DNA from: Candidatus Komeilibacteria bacterium RIFOXYD1_FULL_37_29
Lineage (GTDB): Bacteria; Patescibacteriota; Patescibacteriia; UBA1558; GWA2-36-10
DNA length: 64,000 bases
Direction: 5' to 3'
Assembly (NCBI GenBank): GCA_001818495.1
Contig: MHKS01000004.1
Span: 161,235-225,234, forward strand
This document shows, piece by piece, positions 39,468-47,893 of the stretch. The translations under genes were made by a program, and so were the position numbers. Positions within the stretch are counted from its first letter, which is position 1. Every line of letters begins with the position of its first letter. The notes under the pieces are model-generated. The model ran no database searches and was not told where the DNA came from. It worked only from the letters and a program-made list of their open reading frames with translations.

Positions 39468-41045
39468 ATGAAAAGACCACGTCCAGTTGTACTCATTATT
39501 TTAGATGGTTTCGGTATTGCACCGCCTTCTCGGGCCAATGCTATTTCTTTGGCTAAGACGCCAAATTTTGATAAATATTCTCAAAATTATCCGATTATGC
39601 CGATAGCGGCTAGTGGTGAAGCAGTGGGACTTTCTTGGGGAGAAATGGGCAATTCTCAAGTCGGGCATCTTTCTTTGGGTTCGGGTGTTATCCCTTATCA
39701 AAATTTGCCTCGCCTTAGTAAGGCGATTGTCGATGGAGAATTTTATCAAAACGAAGCTTTTTTAAAGGCTTGTCAAAATGTTAAAAAAGGTGGCGGAGCT
39801 TTACATTTGATTGGTTTGGTCAGTTCTGGTGGTATTCATAGTTACAATGAACATCTCTATGCTTTGATAGATTTGGCTCATCAGCAAAAAATAACCAAGG
39901 TCTATGTTCATGCCTTTTTAGACGGACGAGATACACCATATAATAGTGGCATTAATTTTATTAGTAAACTTCAAGAGAAATTGAAAAATGTTGGTGTCGG
40001 TACTATTGCTAGTTTGAGTGGTCGTTTTTGGGCTATGGACAGAGACAATCGCTGGGATAGAATTGAGAAAGCTTGGCGCGTCATGGTGGACGGTCAGTCT
40101 GATGAGAAGTTTGAAGATCCACTAGTAGCTATTCAAAAATCTTATGACAAAAAAGTTTACGATGAGGAATTTAATCCCACAATAATTACCAATGATCTTG
40201 GTCAGCCACGAGGAACTATTAAAGACGGGGATAGTGTCATATTTTTTAACTTTCGTTCTGATAGGGCCCGGCAGTTGACCCAAGCGCTCACTTTGCCTGG
40301 CTTTGAAAAGTTTAAAAGAGCTTATTTTAAAAATCTTTTTATGGTCACTATGACCCAATATGAAAAAGATTTGCCGGTCGCTGTGGCTTTTCCGCCGTTA
40401 GATATTGCTATGCCACTAGCTCGGGTTTTGTCGGAAGCCGGATTAAAGCAGTTCCATATCGCCGAAACCGAAAAGTATGCGCACGTTACTTATTTTTTTA
40501 ACGGTGGTAAAGAAACTGTCTATGAAGGCGAGGACAGGGTCCTGGTGCCATCACCCCAGGTTACTTCTTATGATCAAAAGCCGGCTATGTCCGCTCGCGA
40601 ACTGGCTTCCAAAATTAACCAAGCGATCAAAGAGAGTCAATATGATTTTATTGTAGTCAATTTTGCCAATCCCGATATGGTAGGACATACTGGCAATATG
40701 CAAGCCACTATTGAAGCTATTGAAATATTGGATCAGTTGGTTGGAGAAATAGTTGATACTATCCTGTCTTATGGCGGAGTAGCTTTGATTACAGCTGATC
40801 ATGGTAATGCTGAAAAACTTTATGATCTGCAGAGCGGAGAAATCAATAAAGAGCATTCCAACAATCCAGTACCTTTTTTTATTGTAGGCGATGAATATGC
40901 TGGTAAAAGCGTCTTGGCTGGAAATATTGGTACGGAATTAAGCCATGTGACTCCAGTGGGAGTTTTGGCCGATGTACCACCAACCATACTAAAAATTATG
41001 GGAATAAAAAAACCACCAGAGATGACGGGCAGTTCTTTGATTTAA
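39468..41045 (+). CDS. gpmI: 2,3-BPG-independent phosphoglycerate mutase, copy 2
   Basis: ILDGFG, GNSQVGH, AETEKYAHVT, DMVGH, TADHGN. Confidence 0.95.
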   Translation: MKRPRPVVLIILDGFGIAPPSRANAISLAKTPNFDKYSQNYPIMPIAASGEAVGLSWGEMGNSQVGHLSLGSGVIPYQNLPRLSKAIVDGEFYQNEAFLKACQNVKKGGGALHLIGLVSSGGIHSYNEHLYALIDLAHQQKITKVYVHAFLDGRDTPYNSGINFISKLQEKLKNVGVGTIASLSGRFWAMDRDNRWDRIEKAWRVMVDGQSDEKFEDPLVAIQKSYDKKVYDEEFNPTIITNDLGQPRGTIKDGDSVIFFNFRSDRARQLTQALTLPGFEKFKRAYFKNLFMVTMTQYEKDLPVAVAFPPLDIAMPLARVLSEAGLKQFHIAETEKYAHVTYFFNGGKETVYEGEDRVLVPSPQVTSYDQKPAMSARELASKINQAIKESQYDFIVVNFANPDMVGHTGNMQATIEAIEILDQLVGEIVDTILSYGGVALITADHGNAEKLYDLQSGEINKEHSNNPVPFFIVGDEYAGKSVLAGNIGTELSHVTPVGVLADVPPTILKIMGIKKPPEMTGSSLI

Positions 41046-41048
41046 AAA

Positions 41049-41483
41049 TTATTTAATTATATTAAGCAGTAGATAAGTGCTTACCACACTGATCAGCAGT
41101 CCGACTAGTATCTCAGTCATGGTGTGTCCGTAGCGTTCGTTTAGTATAGGGAATTTGTATTCTTCTTTATCGGGCAATTTTTTTATTAGATGATTTATAA
41201 TTTGCGCTTGTTTACCCAATTTTCGTCTGATGCCAGCGGCATCTTTGACAATGACAATAGATATGATAAGAGCGATGGCAAACTCGGGAGAGCTTACTCC
41301 TTGAAAATACCCCATAGTAATCAAAAGAGAGGTGGCCAAAGCGGTGTGTGATGATGGCATGCCACCATAGGAAAAAATCTGTGACCAGGAGAATTCACCT
41401 TTGACCATAAAAATGATTATTTTTATAATCTGATTGATAATCAGAGCCAGGAGGGGGATAATGAAAAACTTGTATTCGAACAT
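41049..41483 (-). CDS. Divergent PAP2 (DUF212) family membrane protein
   Basis: GGMPSSH, DAAGIRR, GHT..E. Confidence 0.9.
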   Translation of the reverse strand: MFEYKFFIIPLLALIINQIIKIIIFMVKGEFSWSQIFSYGGMPSSHTALATSLLITMGYFQGVSSPEFAIALIISIVIVKDAAGIRRKLGKQAQIINHLIKKLPDKEEYKFPILNERYGHTMTEILVGLLISVVSTYLLLNIIK

Positions 41484-41543
41484 ATTTGATTTTTTGAATA
41501 TATTATTATAGAGTTATTATAACAGAAAAATAAACTAAGTAAA

Positions 41544-42305
41544 ATGGGAACTTTTGAAGCATTATTATTAAGTCTAGTCCAAGGCGTAGCCGAGTGGCTG
41601 CCGATATCCAGTGATGGACACTTGGTTTTGTTTGAAAAATTATTTGATATTCAAGAGGCCAATTTATCTTTTGATGTGTTTTTGCATTTGGCATCTTTGT
41701 TGCTTATGTTGTTATTTTTTAGAAAACAGATTATTGAGATTATTAGGGGATTTTTTAATAGAAAATTAGTTAGCGGACAGACCGAGCCAAGAAAAAATTG
41801 GTGGTGGCTAATAATTTTATCTAGCTTTTTTACAGCGATTGTTGCTTATTATTTATCTGACAAAATAGCTTATTTTAGAACCATCAACGATGTCGGTAAT
41901 TGGCTGTTTATTACCTCTATTTTTTTATTAGCTAGCAAATTTAGCAGAGGAGAAAAGTCTATTGGCTGGAAGGAAGCGGTGATTTTAGGTATCTTTCAAG
42001 GATTTGCCGTACTACCAGGTTTATCTAGAAGTGGCACAGTGATAGCTATGGCCTTGGTTATGAAAATAAAAAAAGAAGATGCTTTTGATTATGGTTTCAT
42101 CGTGGCTATTCCGGCTATCATCGGCGCATTTTTGTTGACCGTCAAAGATTTTCATTTTGAATCAATTTATATTTTAGCTTTTATTGCCACTTTTATCATT
42201 AGCTATTTTTCTCTCAAACTTTTGAAATTGATTATGAAGCGCGATTATTTTTATTTATTTTTTATCTATACTCTGATTTTGTCATTAATTATCAAATTAA
42301 ATTAA
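41544..42305 (+). CDS. uppP: Undecaprenyl-diphosphate phosphatase
   Basis: QGVAEWLPISSDGH, PGLSRSG. Confidence 0.93.
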   Translation: MGTFEALLLSLVQGVAEWLPISSDGHLVLFEKLFDIQEANLSFDVFLHLASLLLMLLFFRKQIIEIIRGFFNRKLVSGQTEPRKNWWWLIILSSFFTAIVAYYLSDKIAYFRTINDVGNWLFITSIFLLASKFSRGEKSIGWKEAVILGIFQGFAVLPGLSRSGTVIAMALVMKIKKEDAFDYGFIVAIPAIIGAFLLTVKDFHFESIYILAFIATFIISYFSLKLLKLIMKRDYFYLFFIYTLILSLIIKLN

Positions 42306-43358
42306 ATGCTTTATCCAATTATATTATCAGGGGGCATCGGGACTAGATTGTGGCCAGTGTCTAGTCAGAAAAATCCCAAGCAGTTTCAGAAATTTTTTAA
42401 TGATCAGACGTTATTACAAAATACCTATCGTCGTATTTTGAGTGGTTTTGATAAGAAAAATGTTTTTGTGGTTGGTAAGCTAGAAGCCAGAGATTATATA
42501 AAATCGCAAATTGACATTGCCAGTGGAAATATTATTACTGAACCGCAGACCAAGGGTACCGCCATGGCTATTGGTCTAGCAGCCCTCAAGATTTCCCAGT
42601 TAAGTCCACAAACCAATGTCGTGATTGTCAATAGCGATCATTTTATCAAAGACGAAAAGAAATATATAAAGTTATTGAAAGACTCGGAAAAAATACTGGA
42701 CGAAAAATATCCTGATAAATTTATTTTAGCCGGTATTAAGCCGACTTATCCAGAGACAGGTTATGGCTATATCAAAGTAGGTAAAAAGTTGGGTAATGAT
42801 TTATTTTTAGTTGATTCTTTTAAAGAAAAACCAGATTATTCTACTGCTGAGCAGTACATCAAAGAAGGCTTTTTGTGGAATCCAGCCATTTTTTTGTTTA
42901 AAGCTAAAAATTTATTGGCCTGGTATGACCAATATTTACCAGAGACTTTCCGGGCTCTCACCGCTATTTCTAAAGACTGGTCACCAGCCAATTTAACTAA
43001 CCAGTATAGTAAAGTGGACAATATATCCATTGATTATGGACTGTTAGAAAAAATGTCTGATATGCTCCTGATAAAAACGGATATTGATTGGGCGGATATT
43101 GGCTCTTGGCGTAGCTTGCGGGATATTTTATCCGACAATAAAAAAACCAATATTTCCAATGTTAAAAACGTGACGATTGATAGCCATAATAATTTATTTT
43201 ATGCATCTTCCGGCAAATTGATCGCCACTATTGGGGTAGAGGATATGGTGCTGGTAGAAACAGAAGATGTAATATTTTTGTGTCCGGCTGAGCGCGCTCA
43301 AGATGTCAAAAATTTATTGGTGGATATAAAAAAACAGAACTTAGATAAATATTTATGA
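42306..43358 (+). CDS. Mannose-1-phosphate guanylyltransferase
   Basis: GGIGTRLWP, PKQF, SDH, ETGYGYI, FKEKP, SIDY, WADIGSW. Confidence 0.9.
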   Translation: MLYPIILSGGIGTRLWPVSSQKNPKQFQKFFNDQTLLQNTYRRILSGFDKKNVFVVGKLEARDYIKSQIDIASGNIITEPQTKGTAMAIGLAALKISQLSPQTNVVIVNSDHFIKDEKKYIKLLKDSEKILDEKYPDKFILAGIKPTYPETGYGYIKVGKKLGNDLFLVDSFKEKPDYSTAEQYIKEGFLWNPAIFLFKAKNLLAWYDQYLPETFRALTAISKDWSPANLTNQYSKVDNISIDYGLLEKMSDMLLIKTDIDWADIGSWRSLRDILSDNKKTNISNVKNVTIDSHNNLFYASSGKLIATIGVEDMVLVETEDVIFLCPAERAQDVKNLLVDIKKQNLDKYL

Positions 43359-44347
43359 AAAAATTTGTTATAAAACTAGTTTTATTTTTTGTAGTGGTGG
43401 TTGGTATTTGGTTTGTCCTATTAATTGTCAGCGGTAATGGCGCTACCAATAAAACTTTTGTTATTCGTGAAGGTCAGGGGGTTAATCAAATTAGTAGTGA
43501 GCTTTATGATGCCAATCTGATAAAAAGCAAATTTGCTTTTGAAACTTGGTTGTGGTTGAAAAAATCCGAAGACAACATTATTGCCGGAGTTTATCAGATT
43601 CCCAAAGATATTTCTATCAGGCACTTGGCCAATTTATTTATTTTAGGACCGGGCCAGTCCCAATACGCTATTACTATTTTAGAGGGTTGGACTAGAGATC
43701 TAGCCAAAGCTACCTTAACAGAAGCAGAGTTGGATGCGGAAAATTTTATGACTTTGAGTGCTCGAGCTAGTGATTGGCAGAGTAATTATGACTTCTTAGC
43801 TGATACTCCAGCCGGGGCTAGTCTAGAAGGCTACATCTTTCCTGATACTTATTTTGTTGATCAGTCTACCAGTGAGGAGGATTTTATCGCCAAGACTTTG
43901 AATAATTTTGACAGAAAATTGACTCAGGAAATTAGAGATGAAATTGACCGACAAGGTAAGACAATTTTTGAAGTGGTTACCTTGGCTTCTATAGTAGAAA
44001 GAGAAGTGCCAGGACTGACGGATAAAAAAATGATCGCTGATATATTTTTAAAGCGTTTGGACTCTGGTATTGGTTTGCAATCGGATGCCACAGTCAATTA
44101 TGTGACTGGTAAAGGTTTGGCCCAACCCAGTTACGCTGATTTAGAAATTGATTCACCTTACAATACTTATAAATATCGTGGTTTGCCTCCCGGACCAATT
44201 TCTAATCCCGGTATCGATAGCATCTTAGCAGTAGTTTATCCAACAGCCAATGATTATTATTATTTTTTGACCACCAAAGATGGTGAGGTTATTTATAGTC
44301 GCACCTACGACGAGCATTTGGCCAACAAAGCTAAATATTTGGATTAA
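43355..44347 (+). CDS. mltG: Endolytic transglycosylase MltG
   Basis: LEGYIFPDTY, LASIVERE, LQSDAT, SPYNTY, GLPPGPISNPG. Confidence 0.95.
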   Translation: MKKFVIKLVLFFVVVVGIWFVLLIVSGNGATNKTFVIREGQGVNQISSELYDANLIKSKFAFETWLWLKKSEDNIIAGVYQIPKDISIRHLANLFILGPGQSQYAITILEGWTRDLAKATLTEAELDAENFMTLSARASDWQSNYDFLADTPAGASLEGYIFPDTYFVDQSTSEEDFIAKTLNNFDRKLTQEIRDEIDRQGKTIFEVVTLASIVEREVPGLTDKKMIADIFLKRLDSGIGLQSDATVNYVTGKGLAQPSYADLEIDSPYNTYKYRGLPPGPISNPGIDSILAVVYPTANDYYYFLTTKDGEVIYSRTYDEHLANKAKYLD

Positions 44348-44364
44348 ATTTAAATAAAAAGAAT

Positions 44365-44396
44365 AAGCGGGTGCTGTGAAAGGCACCCGCTTTTTT
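44365..44396. terminator. Terminator between convergent mltG and the LysM gene
   Basis: aagcgggtgc-tgtgaaag-gcacccgctttttt. Confidence 0.8.
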
Positions 44397-44425
44397 GCGA
44401 TCATTGGTGATCGCTTAGAGGGGGA

Positions 44426-45664
44426 CTAGTCTACCAGTCCGCCGGCATTGTCCTGCTTATGAGCAGGGGTAGTGGGCGTGGTGGGTGGGCCAGCATTGAT
44501 CAGCGAAAGGTTTTCCGCGTCAGTTCCTGCTTTGAGCGGATCTTTTTCGCAGACTTGTCCGATGACCTGCATCTTGTCGCCGACTTCGACGACTACTTGA
44601 CCACCGATCAATGACAGTCGAGCCAGAGTTCCGAAATCAGAGACGTCGATTATTCTCGCCTGTCCGTCATCGTGAGGCAGGAGAACAAATCGATTCGGGG
44701 ATGTTATACGAACTTCCCGGTACGGCTGAGCGTCAGCCGACATAGTCACTTTTTCCAGAGCATTTTTCACTGACTCTTCTTCTGTGACCACCGGCCACAC
44801 CTGCTGGTTGACTTCAACCACTTTCATGTCCTGCCGTGGTCTGATCTGATCCTTAGAAAGAGGAGTCATACCATGGCCGCCGCGGACATCATTGCCACAG
44901 CGCATCAAAGAGAGATAGAAAGACCCGCCATCATCGAGGAAACACTGCCAGGCTGGTGTCCAATCTGGGATATTTTTTTCCACCGGATTATTGGATTCGC
45001 CGTAGCAGATTAGCATCGGGCCTTTGACATCGACGGCTACGATACGAGTAATATGAACCAGGGGCGGCATGAATCGTGTTTCCTGAACACTCATAGCGAG
45101 TCGCTCGTTTTCATACATATTCGTAAAGTAAGCCACAGCAGCTTCGACTGTTGGCAGTCCGCCTTCCACTCGATCGGGACCATAGTAGGGGTCCTCGACC
45201 TTGCGTCGGTTGTCATTGTCGCGTTTGGCTCTTTCTAAGCCAAATTTGTACATCACCCATGCAACGGCCACCAGCAATAGCCCGATGAGCCAGTCGGCCA
45301 TTTTGTCTGCTGGCAGATCAGCATAAACAACCTTTGGCACACGAACCGTATCAGTTTTAGTGGTGGCCAGATTGTGGCCACCAATCATAAACCGAAACAG
45401 TCGGAGCATAGAGGGAGGGACGTTCAACCTGTCGCCAGGTCTGATTAAATCAGCATCATCAAGTTGAGGATTAAATCTAACCAGTTCCTGCCACAAGGTC
45501 GGATCGCTGAACGCTATTCCCCACTGACCGACTCGGTCGTCATTGTCCACGATGTAATCGTAGGACCCGTCAGCCTGCTCAATGAGCTGGCCTTTCGGAG
45601 TCTGGGCACCGCAGAGGCTGACCGTCGTGATCAGTAGTAACATAACGTACCAAATACGTAGCAT
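44426..45664 (-). CDS. Signal-peptide, LysM-like domain, single-TM orphan protein (GC-rich)
   Basis: YIVDNDD...WGIA...WQELVRFNPQLDDADLIRPGDRLNVP; TM near aa 125-140; GGAGG RBS; roughly 50% GC in sampled lines. Confidence 0.7.
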   Translation of the reverse strand: MLRIWYVMLLLITTVSLCGAQTPKGQLIEQADGSYDYIVDNDDRVGQWGIAFSDPTLWQELVRFNPQLDDADLIRPGDRLNVPPSMLRLFRFMIGGHNLATTKTDTVRVPKVVYADLPADKMADWLIGLLLVAVAWVMYKFGLERAKRDNDNRRKVEDPYYGPDRVEGGLPTVEAAVAYFTNMYENERLAMSVQETRFMPPLVHITRIVAVDVKGPMLICYGESNNPVEKNIPDWTPAWQCFLDDGGSFYLSLMRCGNDVRGGHGMTPLSKDQIRPRQDMKVVEVNQQVWPVVTEEESVKNALEKVTMSADAQPYREVRITSPNRFVLLPHDDGQARIIDVSDFGTLARLSLIGGQVVVEVGDKMQVIGQVCEKDPLKAGTDAENLSLINAGPPTTPTTPAHKQDNAGGLVD

Positions 45665-45897
45665 TAGCTACCTCCATTAAATTAAACAGTTTCAACTACA
45701 GTTATCTGTAGCTGGGAGACAGGCGATTTTGTTGTTTTTCGCTTCTCCCCCAAATACCACCAAAATACTTAGGGGAAAAGCGAAAAGTAGACTACTTTTT
45801 AAGGAGCATTTAATATAGAATAGTGCCATATTTTATTATTTTTGTCAATGATTATAGGGTGGTTATAATTGACAAAATATTGATTTTATGATATAAT
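45665..45897. promoter_or_regulatory. Divergent promoters and structured 5' UTR of the LysM gene
   Basis: Plus strand: TTGACA-17-TATAAT at 45869-45897. Minus strand: TTGACA-17-CACTAT at 45848-45820, boxA-like TGCTCCTTAAAAA, and a long hairpin near 45736-45786. Confidence 0.6.
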
Positions 45898-45955
45898 AGA
45901 GTAATTGATTGAGAAATAGTAAATTATTGAAAATTTTAATAGATTGGAGCAAATC

Positions 45956-46648
45956 ATGTTCTTTGGCAACAGAATTTTTGGCTGCTTGATTTTTATTGGC
46001 CTATTCATCATTCTGGTCACTGATCTTCAAGCCGGTGTCAGACATCGTGGTAACGTTTTCAATTGGGGTACTGATTGGCAGCCTCCACGGGCAGAAGCTC
46101 GACTCAATGTGGAAAATGATCTTTCCCCACTGCTTCATTCTCGTATTCAAGGGGTCTGCTATGACCTTTTGGAGGCAAAAGATAAACCTTTTTATCTTTA
46201 TTGGGGCCTGGGTTTCCGGCGTGGAAATCTGATGCTGGAGCCAGCTATTGGTTGGTCCTTTAGAGATAAGGAGTTAGTCGGAGCCTTTCGGCTCTATCCC
46301 CAGTGGAAAGATTGGTTTGGATACTCCAATGTGGAGTATCAATTTGAGACTAGGTCTTTCTACTATCTAGCCCAACTGGGCAAGAAATTTAACCCATTCT
46401 TTGAAATGGGGATGGAAATAGAGGGTTGGGGAGATATCGACGACAATCTCCAAAGTAACGGTTTAGGCGTGAATTTTGCCTTCAATTTGCAGGGGCTAAA
46501 AAGATTTAAAGCCCAAGAATCAAAGTTGCGAGTAGAGGCAGCTATTCAGTACCGTGAGCTGGATAGCCAGTGGAAACCACAGGCTGTAGTAAGATTGATT
46601 CTGACCCCCAAGATAGATCAACACACCCCGTCTCATCGGAGGGACTAA
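45956..46648 (+). CDS. Secreted orphan with amphipathic beta-strand pattern (beta-barrel-like)
   Basis: GGAG RBS before ATG 45956; signal peptide ending LQA; alternating aromatic/hydrophobic strands. Confidence 0.55.
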   Translation: MFFGNRIFGCLIFIGLFIILVTDLQAGVRHRGNVFNWGTDWQPPRAEARLNVENDLSPLLHSRIQGVCYDLLEAKDKPFYLYWGLGFRRGNLMLEPAIGWSFRDKELVGAFRLYPQWKDWFGYSNVEYQFETRSFYYLAQLGKKFNPFFEMGMEIEGWGDIDDNLQSNGLGVNFAFNLQGLKRFKAQESKLRVEAAIQYRELDSQWKPQAVVRLILTPKIDQHTPSHRRD

Positions 46649-46757
46649 AGTCAAAAGAGCCCGTTGGGCTACTGTCATAAACAGTAGTTTCGGCGGGCTT
46701 TTCTCTTGACAATATTATATTTTTCCTATATACTATTTTTAGAAATTAAATATAGAT

Positions 46758-46862
46758 AGCCGTAGACAGTGGGTTTTGAGCTAGAATTAGCTCAAATTAA
46801 AGATCCTACCGAGGTGAAAAAGATAAATTTTTCAATGTCTGCGCTATTTACGCAGATTTTTT
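46758..46862 (+). promoter_or_regulatory. Ribosomal protein L10 leader
   Basis: CCGTAGACAGTGGG...TTAAAGATCCTACCGAGG, then a hairpin, upstream of rplJ. Promoter TTGACA-17-TATACT at 46706-46734. Confidence 0.8.
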
Positions 46863-46876
46863 AATTAATAAAAATT

Positions 46877-47401
46877 ATGCCAAAAAGTAAAATACAAAAA
46901 CAAGAGGCCTTAAAATCTCTAGAGGAAAAGCTCAAAGACAGCAAGGCAGTAGTTTTTAGTTCTGATACTGGTTCCAATGTTAAGACCATTGAATCATTAC
47001 GCAAAGAATTAAAAGCTAATAATGCCGAATATTTGGTAGTCAAGAAGACCCTGCTTAAAAAAGCTATCAAAGATATGGGTGAGACCGACCAATTGGATCA
47101 ATTGGCTGGTTCTGTAGCTTTGACCTTGTCTTATCAAGACGAAGTCTCTGCTGCTAAAATTTTAAATAAGTATGCCAAGGACAGCGAAACTTTGAAGATG
47201 GCTGGCGGTATTTTAGAAAAAAGTTTTATTATGCCAGAAATGGTCAAACGTTTGGCCACTTTGCCTTCTCGAGAAGAGCTGTTGACCAAGTTGGTTGGCT
47301 CGCTAAATAGTTCCATTAGTGGTTTGGTCAGAGTTTTAGCTGGTACAACACGCAATTTTGTCGGAGTACTAAGGGCTATCAAAGATAGTAAGAATAATTA
47401 A
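46877..47401 (+). CDS. rplJ: 50S ribosomal protein L10
   Basis: VVKKTL, LATLPSREELL; L10 leader upstream, rplL downstream. Confidence 0.95.
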   Translation: MPKSKIQKQEALKSLEEKLKDSKAVVFSSDTGSNVKTIESLRKELKANNAEYLVVKKTLLKKAIKDMGETDQLDQLAGSVALTLSYQDEVSAAKILNKYAKDSETLKMAGGILEKSFIMPEMVKRLATLPSREELLTKLVGSLNSSISGLVRVLAGTTRNFVGVLRAIKDSKNN

Positions 47402-47439
47402 TCAATTTATATAATAATATTTAAGAAAGGATAAATAAT

Positions 47440-47841
47440 ATGTCAGAAGAAAAAAAGGACGTAAAAGTTCCCGCCAAATTCAAGAGTTTGGTAGAAGAAG
47501 TTGAAAAAATGTCTGTTTTAGATCTTTCCGAATTAGTGGCTATTTTGGAAGATAAGTTTGGTGTCAGTGCCGCTGCTCCAGTAGCAATGGCCATGGCTCC
47601 AGCCGCTGGTCAAGCCGCTGCTGAAGAGAAAACTTCTTTCAGTGTTGAGCTTACCGCCGCAGGTGATAACAAAATTGGTGTTATCAAAGCTATTCGCGAA
47701 ATTACTCAACTTGGCTTAAAAGAAGCCAAAGACATGGCTGATGGTGCTCCAGTTAATATCAAAGAAGGAGTAGCCAAAGCCGAAGCCGAGGATATGAAGA
47801 AAAAGATGGAAGCCGCCGGTGCTAAAGTAACTTTGAAATAA
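47440..47841 (+). CDS. rplL: 50S ribosomal protein L7/L12
   Basis: [25 protein letters not shown]. Confidence 0.97.
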   Translation: MSEEKKDVKVPAKFKSLVEEVEKMSVLDLSELVAILEDKFGVSAAAPVAMAMAPAAGQAAAEEKTSFSVELTAAGDNKIGVIKAIREITQLGLKEAKDMADGAPVNIKEGVAKAEAEDMKKKMEAAGAKVTLK

Positions 47842-47856
47842 ATAAAAGTTAAATTT

Positions 47857-47893
47857 AAAAAATCCCCTTACTAAATCAGTGGGGGATTTTTTT
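47857..47893. terminator. Bidirectional terminator
   Basis: aaaaaatcccc...ggggattttttt between convergent genes. Confidence 0.75.
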
